A stretch of DNA of 64,000 bases, from contig JAYWIR010000012.1 in NCBI GenBank assembly GCA_036172245.1, positions 3,968,001 to 4,032,000 of the forward strand. The letters are read 5' to 3'. This document shows positions 22,701 to 34,830 of this stretch, piece after piece. Each line of letters starts with the position of its first letter. Position 1 is the first letter of the stretch. The position numbers were made by a program, and so were the translations under genes. Origin of the DNA: Raillietiella orientalis. Taxonomy: Eukaryota. The notes beneath the pieces were generated by a model, which worked only from the letters and a program-made list of their open reading frames with translations, was not told where the DNA came from and did no database searches.

Positions 22701-25700
22701 GCCGCAGGCGCTTTCCCCCCTGCTTCCTTGGCTCTTCCAGGGCTCCCGGACGGCTACCTCCCTTACGCCTCATCTCAGAGGGTCAGGCCGGTAAGGCGGG
22801 CTGCCTGAAGGCCACCCTCTCCCAGCGTTCCGGTCCGATCCTGGCCGCCAGCTTGCTGGGTCCTCCGGCGACCGCGCGCCGCTGACGAGGACGCGGATGA
22901 CGTCCCAGAGAAAGCATTGTGACCTCCGGGGAAAGAGCGTTCCTGGTGAGATGCAAATTTCGCAGTGGGAGGTGGAAATTCTATCCGTCCGTCCGTCTCC
23001 TGGCGGGGGAGGAGACAGGCCGACGACGGGATGCTAATATCCCCGAAAGGGGAGGCGCTCTCTGAGGCGAGCCTCCACTTCCCGAACGTTCCCTCAGGAA
23101 GTTCCCTCACCCCCTTCTTGGCCCACCCAGAGCACGAGTCCTGCCGTGGATCGGAGTTCTTGGAGACATCTCTTGCAGGCGCTCCTCCAGAGTGGGAGGG
23201 GTCCGCTGCCAGTGGTCGCGGGTCCGGCGTGACCCCTTCCTCCAGGAGCGCCCCCGAGGTGGCTCCTCGGCTACGCACCCGCTCTCGGGGATGCCCTGAC
23301 TAGCGACCCCTTCGGCCCGTCCTTCTCTCCTCTAGATCATCATCCAGCTGCCGGAACCCCCGTTGGCGACTCTCCCCCCCCTTTCCTGCGCAGACGACAC
23401 CCGAGACTCCCTTCGGGAAACAAGCGGGTAGCCGCCCACCTGCTCCTAAAGGATGGTCCCTCAGATGAGTCTTACCGCGGAGAGGTCGAGTGGGACCGGA
23501 AGAAGGATGTTGACTGGGCGCTGACGTCGAGCCGATGATGCTGCAGGGGGGCTCCCCGAGGTCTGGTGACCGTCGGAGCTGCATCCTTACGTCGAAGGGG
23601 GATGGGGGTAGGTGAGAGGGGAATCCTGAGGGCTTCCAGCCTTTCCCTCCGCGATTCTCCCGCAGGCCAGGGCTATCCCGCCGCAGCCTGCCTTGAGCAG
23701 GACTTCCCGCAGTGACATCAGTGGCGAGCTGGACCTCCCGATTCTTGCTCCCGTCAGGTTCTCCCTTTTCTTCCCTCGCCCTGGACTCCTGACCTTCCTG
23801 GAGCTGCACTCGAACGCCGGGCCCCTCGCCGGGAGGAGAGAGTCTCCCCCTCCACTCCGGCGCTGCGCGCGCAGCACCCGCGCACCTGCTGCGCATCCGA
23901 TCGGCGCCACCCCCAGAAGGGATGCCCGGATGAGTCTGCAGGTCCGCCAATCTCGGGTGGCCGCCATCCTGCCGAGAGTGGCGGCGCCCAATATGCGCAG
24001 TGCCATCTCCCGCGCCCTACACGGTGGGTCATGGTGCTCCGCGGAGAGGGTGCGGCGCGCTACCCCCCCCCTCGCGGTGGACAGTGCCCTGAGTCTCCTT
24101 GCAAGGCGACCTTCGGCTCGTCTTCAGTGCAGACGTCCGCGTCGTCGCCGCTTGTCCGGTCGCTCGCCTAGCGAACCCTCGGCGGCGACCTCCCTGCTGG
24201 ATGCTCCGGATTTTCCCCCGATCGCCTGGGGTACCAGCCCTCCCAGACCACTATAGAGCAGAAGTACCACCGGAGGTTGCCTGGTCACGCCGTTCTCTTC
24301 CCTCTCCACGAGCCAGGGTCCCCCGGGTGCGGTTTCTGCGCGTGCAGAGGAGCTTTTCTCGGTGATGCTAGATCTCCCTCCTCCTCGGGGCAGCAGATCG
24401 TCACCAGGAGTGGCTGTGATGCTCTGGCGCCCCTGATGACGACGGAAGCAGCCGTCGGTCTCTCGTTTGCCGGCTTCCTCCGGCAGACGGCGGAGGCCGG
24501 AACGTGCTTCCGGTAGGGTCGTCATGAGACTTCTTTCCGACGCTCCAACCGATAAGCCCTTGCGCTCTCTACCTGGTTGCCCTGCTGCATTCCGCCCCTT
24601 TTCTAGAGCACACGGCCGCTGGAGTCGTGGAAAGGCAGGGAGGAACAAAAAGTCTTTGATGGCATCCGGTTTCCAGGATGGTTCCCGAGGAACCCTCTTC
24701 CTGGCCCGATTTCCTCGTGTGTTCTGAGCAGTCAGAGTCGATGGTCAACGACCACTCGGGGTCGCTTCCTGAAGCAGCACGCATGCCCACGTTGCACCCC
24801 TTGTGACCTCCCTCTTCTTCAGATGAGGCCGCAAGGGACTGCCCCGGTTTCGTCGGCTCAGAGCAACAGCAGCACTCCGGAGAAAGGGAAAAAGAGAGGA
24901 AAAGAGGTGGAGGTTTGGGAGGAGGGGGGTGCGTGCGTCGGAAGGGGCTCTCCAGCAACTCCCCACTCGCCTCTTCCGTTTTTCCTTCTGCCCGACATAC
25001 CGTCCACCCGCAGGGTGAACGCCATGCTGCGGTGTTCTCTGCTTTTCAGCTGCTCCCGAAGGTCCGTCCCTTCCTCCCCTTCCCTCACCTGCCCGTTCAG
25101 AGGGTGACCTGGAAAGATCGAACTGCCAACCTGTTTCGAGATGGAAAGTCGAGGAGAAGGAGGAGATGAGGGTGACCCTGGAATTCTTCCGACCCCAGCC
25201 ACGCCCAAGGGGTTCCCCCCCTCCTCCCCTGAGCGCGCGGTAATCTTTCGGAAAAGGGGGAGGGAGGCAGTCCCGTGGGAGCGCGCGCTGAGGATCCCGA
25301 ACCCGGCAGGACGAGCCTCGCTCTCCGCAGCCACTCCCTGCCGAGGGACCGCGCCGCCTCGCGCGCGGGCGCGGACAACGACACGTGGCGCTCTCTCTCT
25401 CTTGCTGGGGGGGAGGGAGGAAAGGAAAACCTCCTCGGGCAGCAGGCACGGGAGTTCGCGTCCCTCGGGAGCCACGGAGATAAGCGCGAGCTGCTGTTGC
25501 CGCCGAGAGCCCCGACGCTTTGCGAAACTCCCCGAACCTCAGGGGTTGGCGCCCGCAGAGCGCTCTCCTCTCCTCCCCTCGCCGCTGAAGATAACTCCTC
25601 CCTCCGAGTCGGCTTCCGGCCTGGCTCCAAGGCCGGGAGCAGCTCGCTTGTCTGTAAGGCCTTTGGAAAGGGACGGTGTTGCTCCTTTCTTTCTTTCTTT

Positions 25701-26064
25701 CTTCTTTCTCTCCCCGGTGGCAGCAGTGCCGCTTCAGCCAGGCTGCTCACACGGTCCACGGCTCGGCTTTCTCCGTGGCTCGCGGGGATGTCACAGTGTG
25801 AATGGGCTGGACCGGCAGGCGTCCTCCTGCTCGCCTCCTCGCCCGTCCATCGCTCGTTCGGCCATGCCTTTTTCCTGCAGCGGCACCGCCAGGGGTTGTT
25901 CCGGCTGTAGCAGCATCGGCCGCCGCGGCTTCCGCTCCCCCGAGGAGGAAGTGCGGGGGGTAGGGGGCATTGCTCGGTTCGCAAGAAGAGGAAGTTCCGC
26001 TCCGGCTCTTCTCCCGCTTCGCCGAATGAGCTGCTGTGTTCACCTCCCGCCAGAATTCATAGAT

Positions 26065-26175
26065 GGCACTGCCGTCGAAGCAGGAAGGAAGCAGCAGCGA
26101 GCCCGACCAGCACCAGTTTGCAGCAGCGAACCTTCTGTCTTCCGAACAGGGCATATCGCACGGGTCCGCCACCAT
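26065..26175 (+). mobile_element. Degenerate ORF1 knuckle remnant
   Basis: TAVEAGRKQQRARPAPVCSSEPSVFRTGHIARV resembles VxIGxxxxxVRP...CxxCxRxGHIARxC. Confidence 0.35.
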
Positions 26176-27399
26176 CCGGATCAAACAACCTCGAGCCCCC
26201 CCCTTGCTCTTCCCGCGTGGATTCCCACTGCTCGAACAACCGCGCGACATCTTTCAATAATCCTCGACACTTTAGATGAGAAGGCGCGTATCGGAGCACA
26301 TCCTGGAGCCTCTACGAGGGATCGCTCTGGTGTGCGTTTATCAGCTGCATCCCGCCGCACCGTGTGGAGCAGTTTCGAGGGACCTCCACGACCGTGGAAA
26401 CGAGGCGCAGATACCTGGGAGCCAGGCGAGGGTTTTTTCCTCCCCCTCCCTCCTCCCAGAGGTGGAGGGAGGGGGCGCTCCCTTTTCCCCACATTAGGGG
26501 CGCCTCGGCACCTCACTCCAATACGAGAAGGACGTATAGGCATCATGAACCCTCGGCGTCGCAGTCTTGTGCTCCCTGCTCCCTGTGGGCAACCCCGTGC
26601 ACGCCGTCGAAGCGCCTGTTCGTTGAGCAGCGCGAGTCCGCGGCAATAGCAGCTCCCTGCTGTTGCCTTCGCGGCACGCAGCGTCGCCGGAAGGGGTCGA
26701 TCTCCAGCATCTTGGGGCGTGGGATTCCGTTGGTGGATGAGTGAGTCCTTTGCACGCCCTCTCATTCTTCGAGCATTCTTTTGCGATGGACGCCGCGGCG
26801 CCTACGGGTGCAAATGCAGCCTTCCTCATCCCATCGTACCCCCTGGCCTCAGCGTTGCCTTCCTTGAGGGAAAACTTTAAGATCGGGAGGCGAAATGCAG
26901 GATGGAGGAGAAAAGGACCAAACTACTCGCCGGCCGGCCGGCAGGGAGACACCACGGACGCTGCGACCCCGCCGAAAGGATTTCCACTCTAGGTCGAGCT
27001 ACTTAGAATCTCTCCGGAGGAGGTGAGATGGCCCCCAGAGTGCTGGAACTGTAGTACTCTCCCCCTCATGTGGCAAGGGTTGGCGCCGTCGGTCTTGCAT
27101 CGGCGGTCCCAGTGCGGAGAGCGTCTTCATCGCTAGACTCGGGGGAGCGTCGATGTGAGGAGAGGGAGACCATGCACCTTCCTGCTGGACCGCGCCGCCT
27201 CTCTGACCCCTTTGGGATCGCCTGGAAGACGACCCTCCAAATCCTGGTGGGCAGGCCCGGGGACTTCTTCGAACGCCTCTTCGTGCGTGGCTCTGCACCG
27301 CCTCCACCCGCATCCTTCGTATGGTGGCGGCCTGGACCGCAGTCAAGGAGGCCGACCTCCACCAGTCGGGAATCTTTTCGAGGACCGCCACGAGATGGC

Positions 27400-27485
27400 C
27401 TCACTTGGGCCGTACCAGGAGCAACTTCGCCAGCATACCAGACAGGATGCAGAGGATGCCTGGCAGTGAACCACGAATCCTTCCC
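27400..27485 (+). mobile_element. Degenerate ORF1 knuckle remnant
   Basis: PAYQTGCRGCLAVNHESF retains CX2CX4H (27448-27474). Confidence 0.35.
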
Positions 27486-28094
27486 GATCCCCCCCGTTCT
27501 CCCCCGAGAAACACTTTTTCGTCCTTTTTTTTGTTGTTTCCGGTTTTCCCTTTTCCTCGGCTGCAGGAGTGGACCTTGCAGACCCCGCCGGTCTGAGCAC
27601 CAGAAAATTGGCGGGTTGGACGAGTTTTTTTTTTTTTTTTCTTAGGACTTGATGGTGGCACCACCGGCAAATCCGAGTGAAGAACCCAAAGGACTCGTCC
27701 GCTGGATCCAGCTTCTGGGAGCTCTTCCTTCAGAAGATCTGGTATCGCATGCTGTCCTCGCAGACAGACAGATCCACTCTTCCCTCTTAGCAGCAGAGAG
27801 CAGCGCTGCTGGCCCCGCATCGGGGCATCCTATGCGGAGCACCGTCGATCCCGGGGAGAGCGGGTGCGAACGGTGGAGGAGCGGGAGTACTACCCTCGAA
27901 GCCCGAAGGATCCCGCAGCCTCCTTCGTGGGCCCGGCGAACGTCCTTGGCATCGTCAGGTGCAGGGACAGGGTCCCAACATCCGGCCCTCCACGTTCCCC
28001 TCGTGCTTTTGGGCTGTGCTGCACCTACCAGCCCGCGCAGCTGCGGCCTCTGCAGCGGCAGTGGGCTTCGCGAGTTTGAATCCTACCCGGAGAA

Positions 28095-28620
28095 GGTGCG
28101 TCGCGGGTTTCGAGTTCGGCCCAGGCGATGGCGATGACTAGGCTGTTGGGGTGTGGCGGCACTGGTGAAAGCCGCAAACCCCGGATGGTTCCGGCGACCG
28201 TCCGGGGGTCGGAAGCTGACCCTTTGGAATCCTCCCAGGAGTCACGAAGACCGGCCTTCAGGGTTCCCTCCGGCTGTGAAGGTGGAGTCGCACCATCGCC
28301 TAACACGGAGCTGGTTGGTGCCTCTCCAGAGTGCAAGAAACGCGCTGCTCCCTTAGGAGAGCGCCCTCCAGAGAAATCAGGAAGCGCCCCTCCGGGGTTC
28401 TCTTCAGAGGTGGAGGAAACAGCGAGCGGGTTCTTTCCAGGAGATCCCTCCGGAGAAGAAACGAAGAGCGGCCTTCTCCGGCACCTCCTCCTCCTGAAGT
28501 GGGAGGGGTCGGCGCTCCTTCCCTGGCACTGGGATCTTCCCTGCAACGCACTCCGACACCACTGGACGCTGGCGAGGGCGATCCCGGACTGTCGCAGGTG
28601 TGGGCAACGGAACGCCTGCT
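28095..28620 (+). repeat. Dispersed GC-rich repeat family, copy 2, ending in knuckle remnants
   Basis: Aligns by eye with 15.1-15.4 kb and, inverted, with 60.85-61.18 kb; ends PCNALRHHWTLARAIPDCRRCGQ. Confidence 0.8.
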
Positions 28621-30879
28621 AGTGGACTGAGTTACCTTCCAGTCCCTGTGGGAAGGACCCTCCGGATCCCGATTGGCAGTCCTTCAGGGACGTCTTACGT
28701 CTCCTCTTCGTGCCTTTGCGAAGCGCAAGAGGAACGAACTGCTCCCTCCGGAACCCTCTTTCCCCCAGTCCGACCCGCGATAAGGTGAATTTTCAGGGCA
28801 CGTTGGGGGCTGAGCGCTGGGTTGCCCCGCCGGACAACCAACACGGGCAAATGATGAGGCGCCCTCCTCGCCCTTGGTGTTGCACTGCCACCTCCCTCGT
28901 GCCGTCGTGGCCGTCCCGGAAACGCCGCAGGAAGAAAGGGGCCACGGTAGGTACTCCACTTTCTGGACGACGACTCTCATAAGAGTCCGACCGGGCGATG
29001 CGTGGAAAGGACTTGCCAGGATCTTGGGAAGGATGCAGAGGACGCCGAGCAGCGATCCCTTTCCGAAGGATATCCCCTTTCGCATGCCCCATCCTCCATG
29101 CCCCCCTTCGGCGGCAGACCTCGCCGCTCCGCGCACTGGCATCCCGGCAGGTTCCGGACTTCTTTGAGCGCGGTAGGGTCGAGGGTCCGACCACTTAGTT
29201 TTAAGGAGTTTATTGTTTTCATGAGGAAATCACCCGGCGTGCCGGACGTTCGACCTCGTCTCACTGCTCTTCGCTTCGGCTCGCCCTTCATCCCATCCAC
29301 TCGACTCCCTCCCCCTGACTCACCTTTTTCCTCTCAGAATCCGCATCCGTGTAAAGACGTTCTTCTTCTCCCCTTCCTCTTCCTCGAAAAAAAAAGGGAA
29401 GGTCCCGCAGACGAAAGTCGGTCGGTCCGGGAACGTTCGGCAGTGCCCGGAGAGAGCGGCATCCGACCCTCGGGCTGCAGCAAAGAGGGAACTCGCGCCC
29501 TTCTGGTTTGTTTCTATGGACCCGGACATAAATAGAGGAACCAGCTGCCGCTCCAGGAGGGGTGTCCCGGAGATGGAGGAAGGAGAGGAGACTGCCGCCA
29601 CGCTCCTCACGCGGTCCGCGCGCAGGCGAGGGACATCCGGCCTCGGACCCCGCGATGGCGGGGAGCCTGCACCTATGCTGGCACCAATTCCTGACTTCTC
29701 AGCGAGGGAATGGGTGGAAGACCATCCCACCTCTCTCCGCCACACCTCCTCCAGTGCCATCACCGGCTCCTCGAAGAGAGAAGGGTGGCCACTCGCCCCG
29801 TTTTCCCCTTCCTGGAGGGCCGGACCCGGCTCGCTTTTCGTTCCGGTTCCCGGGATAGACTGGTTGCAGGCACCCTCAGCCGTCCCTCTGTCCCTGCAAA
29901 GTCGCCGCTTCTGCTCTGACCTGACGGGAGTATGCCGCAGGGTCTCGTCTGTGCATCTGCAGCCAGAGGCGAACCCCGGAGTGCCCGCCGGGGACGGACC
30001 TTCGGAAGGCAGGGTCAGACTGTGGACGTCCCCTTTCTCCTCCTCCTCCTCCTAATGGAACCGGGCGAAGAACAGCTCTAGCAACCGAGCCCGGAAGTCC
30101 TTTGAAGGAGACGGAGAGGGGGGGTCCATTCCATGGTGGCCGGCAGCCGCCTCGCCCGGAGAGGGACGACGACGCGCTTCCGACTTCCGGGAAGGGGATC
30201 GCTTGATGATTGACGATGCCCCCGGTCGCACCGTGCGTCGGGGGAGAGCCGTCACGCCGTCGGTTCTCCCGGATCCCTTAGAAGGAGGAGGAGGAGGAAG
30301 GGGACATCCCCCATCCGACCCTGGCTTCCGAAGGGGCGGCGGTTCGGCACCTTTCGCAGAGTGCCAGGCGCGGTTCAAGCTCCCAGCGGTTACCGCTGGA
30401 TGGAAACAGCCGCCTCTGTGTCGCCTCCTTGGGGTAGTCCGTCATCACTGGCCGCCCCCTACACGCGCACCGTAAGTGGCTCCGACGTAGGTGGGAGTCC
30501 CATATCTCGGCCTCCTGCACGAGGGGAGTGGGGGAAGAAAGAGGACGACGCCACCTGCGACGCACTCGGGTGCCTCACTGTTGGGGAGCAAATGTCACGG
30601 CACGCACCCTGATGGAAAACGAGATTCGCGGTGAGATGGGGTGGGCGCTGCAGAGCCTCGTCCTGTACCGCGCGGTCTTCACCTTCCCCCTCTGAAGGTG
30701 CTGCTGCTGCTGATGATGGCATGGCACCACGTTGAGGGAAGGAGGGTGTTCGAAGGGTCGCGCATGCGCTCTCTCCGGAGAGGAAGAAGTGTGTCGACAC
30801 GCGGTGCCGATCCTCCCCTACTAGGAGGGAAGAAGGGGGGGCGTGGCTCTCAACCCTATCGGGACGTCTCCTCAGTCAG

Positions 30880-30955
30880 GGAACGACGACGGGTCTCACG
30901 GCCCGCATGCTGGAGGCGAATTCGCGAGACGCGGCACTACGACCGGAAGTCGCCG
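30880..30955 (+). mobile_element. Degenerate ORF1 knuckle remnant
   Basis: VRERRRVSRPACWRRIRETRHYDRKSP resembles VRE..PxCWRCxxxGHxxxxCP; a similar PRCWRSTPSGD lies on the minus strand at ~26685-26715. Confidence 0.3.
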
Positions 30956-32639
30956 ATCTCCCCGTTTCGAGAGAGAGACCTTTCCCCTTTCCCTCCCTTT
31001 CGTCCTCCGGCTGCGACTGCTCGTCTCTCGGCAGTTCGCGCGGTTTTTGCGACCTCGCACACCGCCGGGACTTGTCTTCGCCTCCGGCACTACTTTCCCC
31101 GGTCTGAGTCCGTGAGTGGGGAGGGTGGGGAGGAAGGAAATCTTCGGGTTGCCACGGCGCCCGGACCCGCTCGCGAAACTCCCCACAGGTGATTAGTCAA
31201 CGGCGATCTCGAAACGGCGGTCGGAACGCTCCAGGCCGTGGACCCGCGAAGGGGGAGTAGACTCCCGTGGAAGAGGGGCATCTCCACGGGGCTCGCGCCG
31301 CCTTCACGGGGGCACCACCTCTCTGAGGAGGCGGTCGGGGTGAGGACCCCCAGTTCCTTGGTTCGTGTTCCCCCTTCTCCTCCCCTGCCTTCCTCCCCCT
31401 CCTTGCGGAAGGAAAGACTGGATTCACAGGTTGTGACAGCTCCAGCCGCGCTCCCCTTTAATCGTCGCGCGGCTCACAGGAGTCGCTTCGCTCTCCCGAC
31501 CGCACGCGATGGTTCTGCGCTTCAACGGAGGGATTCCGTTCGGAAACGGCACTGGAAGAGCAAGAGCAGCGGCAGGGAACGCCGTCTTCTCCTCCCTATG
31601 TCGGATTCCCCCGCGCAGAACCCACACCACGACGGACACCGAGCGTGCGCGCGCCCTTCTCCTCCGTCCGTTGCCGCTCTAGGCTTTCCGAACCCGTCGT
31701 GGTAGCGCCCGCTTCCGGGATTGTGGAGATCGGAGATGTGCAACTCTCTCGATCATCGCGCGCAGCAGCGACCGGGCTGATCGGCGGAAATGGCACTATC
31801 CCCTGGTTGGATAGTGTTCGACCCTGAGGGTCGGTAGATAAGAGGAAGGGGGGGAGGGGAAGAGGGCTGTTTTGCTCTGCGCAATAGGGTTGCCATTCTC
31901 TATGCTCAAGCGTGGAGCTAAGAGGAGGCAAGGAAGGTGCTTCAGAGAAGGGGGCACAGGGACGATCCCATGTGACCCAGGAATCTGGGAGAAGGGATTG
32001 AGCATCAGGGAACTCTCTGCAATTCTGCAGTCCTCCCCGCCCGCCTGACGGGAAGGGGGAGCAGGGAGGTGCTCGACAAGGGCCTGATGGTATCTGCTGA
32101 TACGTCATGTCTACCTCTCCAGCGCTCCCTAGCCGCGCGTCGGACAAGAGCCCTCGGAGGAGGCGAGCACCCTGCTCGTCCAGCATGCTTGGTCCCGCTC
32201 TGCACCAATTCGAGAGAGAAGGTTTCAGTTTTCTGGGGAATTGAAAGTGGGGAGAGGGATGGAATCTCCATGGAGATTCCGTGGAAGTCCCTCAACCATG
32301 CGGACCCCACCCAGCGCTTGCTGTTGCAGCTCGTGGTCCCTCACAACGGGTACGGAGAGGCAGCTCCGGGTACTCCAGCGCACGACAGATCACTCCTTCC
32401 CCTCCTCTCCCCTCGCGCGCGCAGCAGTATTGTGGCTCTCCCACCAACCACTTTGGAACTCACGGGACCCTTTCCTGCAACGCTGCATGAAGGGGCGTGC
32501 GCTGGAGTTGGGATTCAGGCCTTTTGTTGGGGTCTCCCACCCATTTGCCAAGGGTAGGACTGGTTCCTTCAGCAAGTGCGCACGACTGATTGTTTCTGAC
32601 GTCAGTTCCCTCGGCAGCTGCCACCTCCCATCGGCATCT

Positions 32640-33300
32640 GATGAGTATTGAAGAACCGTTCGTCTCCAAGGGGGGCTCACGAAGCTCTTTAAACACTGTC
32701 CACGCCACCCGAGGGAGCATGTCAACTCTTCAAGTTAGAGTGTAACGTTCGGGGACCACCCTATGAAGAGCAGTGTATCTGCATCCCAGGAAACCTGGAC
32801 CACGGCTAAGCTCCGCTCTGTCGAAACCTATCTCCGGTCCACTAGCGGGACGCATGTATCTGGTAGTCCATCTGCTCCGGCGTTCAAGTCCCGAACCATC
32901 CCATTCACCTATTTGACCCTACCATCCCAGGAAGGAGTAGATGCCTTTCCCACAACTATCTCGCGCGCCAGCGTAGCCTCTTTGCAGTCTCTCGACTGCC
33001 TCAACGGACGCAGACTCGCCTCCCCCCACGGGCGCCACAAGGTCAGGCGGATGTCTTGGATGGAGAGCACTCCGTATAATAAAGAGTGCAACCAAGCGTG
33101 GAGAGCGGCAGGTCTGCCCAGCCCAACTCAGATACACTCAGGTCTCACATTCAGAGGCGAAAAGAACGCACCTTGCACTCTGTATATCCTGCAGCCACCG
33201 TAAGTCGTGCTGCCGCGTACCAGGAGCGATGGGATTTCAGTCATTGGGTCTTCGGTGGAACGTTTAAGGCACAACCCTCGGAGATCACCCTCAAACAAGT
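32640..33300 (-). mobile_element. Degenerate R1/Jockey-type ORF1 remnant containing the repeat-family FIGW block
   Basis: Minus frames give IPSLLVRG...LAVVQVSWDADTLLFIGWSPNVTL*LEELTCSLGWRGQC. 32680-32768 is an inverted homologue of 15610-15700. Confidence 0.55.
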
Positions 33301-34830
33301 TGGCAGCATCCCTCGAAGCACGCCCCCCAAGGGTGGAATACGCATTTCGTTGGTTGTCAGTGGGGCTGCACCATATAGGAAAAGAAAAAAGAAAAAGACG
33401 TCCTTTCGAAAGAAAAGCTCTGAACCCTCCGAACCTCAGGATCTGGCTTATCAGGGGCAGAGCCAGGGATTGATGTGGAAAGATGTTCGCGAGTCCCGTG
33501 TTTTGATGAACTGCGTGAGGTGGGAGGACTGGCGACGACAGGAGTCTCTTGGAGCCCCCGAAGAGTGATTCTCCGTTGGTCAGCTGGGAATTACGCTTTT
33601 CTTTCAGCCGCGTACCGCAATTGGGAAGCTTCTTGTCGGGTGCACCATTGGGTATGTGATGCACTTTCCGGTAAAATGCAGCAGCTTAATCAAGGCACTT
33701 CTTTACAACGACGGAGCACGTCTGGAAGATACTGATCCAGAATAAATCCAACCTTCCCACCTATCAGTTTGGGAAAGCTATCGCAGACTTTCAAGATGAC
33801 ATCAAGAAAATGTTTGTTGGAAAACGACTCCAATAGAAAGCCATCGGATTGTGTCTGCCCTTCTCGAGTCCGTCTTGCCCCGGTCCTTGATCCCAGTAGA
33901 GGTCACAGGGATCCAGACCCTCTCCTCCCTCTAGATAAAACTGAACTTTTTTTAAAAAACTTTATCACCTCACCCTCACTTTCTATCTACCGTACAGGCA
34001 TTTGCCCTTGGCAACCTTCTTCCTCTACAGGTTTTGGTGTTCTGTCCGTTTATTTGATGTTGAAGAAACGCCCCTGAGGAACCAGGTGGCAAGGATTAGT
34101 GCTGCAGTGTTTGTCATAATACCAGTATTGGAACATTTTTGGAATCCCAGAAGGCAGCGGCTGTCTTTAAATCAGCGTAACTCCATTCACCGTAGTAATG
34201 CAAATATCGAAGGAATTGAGGAAATAACAGTAACACAAAAAAAAGAACTAAATCTCGTCGCCAACTACACGTAAACGGGAAGGGAAAAGAGGAGATGCTT
34301 ACTTCTTCGTAGCATAATATCGGAAAACGCATTAACGAGAACACGTTTAAGAGTTCCCGGAACCAAGTGGAACCCATCTTCACATTCTCCTAGCCATGCT
34401 GCTTGCCCACCACAATCGATGGGTTTCGAAGTGCTGCTGCCTCGCCCTGGAGCCGACCAGGAGAGCGAGACCACGGGGTCCTTCAAGGATGATCCAAAGC
34501 GGGAAGGAAGGGGTTTATGGAACAGGAGCTCAGGAGCACAGAGTTCAAAAGACATGGAAATCGTAACAGCATGCTGGCTCGTGCAGCCCGTAGCACTTCA
34601 TGGCACAGCTTTCATTCATCGGAAGCCGTGTGTACATGAATGAGGAACGTGTGCCCGCCCAGAGCCGTGTACACATAGTAAAGCTGTAGTGCCCATGTAA
34701 ATATAATTGTAAGCATCCGTCATTAAGGAAGCTGTGGTGCCCATGAAGGACCGCAGATTACTGTTTTGATAACGAATAGCCTCATGTTCCCATTCTCTTA
34801 CTGCAGAAGTTGTTATGTCAAGTATGAGTC

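Noticed and set aside
25141..26649. 502-aa ORF and the many other 150-370 aa ORFs in the GC-rich flanks
   Set aside because: Composition typical of stop-poor GC-rich non-coding DNA, with overlapping ORFs in several frames; only short knuckle remnants are recognisable.
1..34500. GC-rich flank as an endogenous large DNA virus or bacterial contaminant
   Set aside because: Very low true gene density; no capsid, polymerase, integrase or operon-like features; a spliceosomal acceptor is present.
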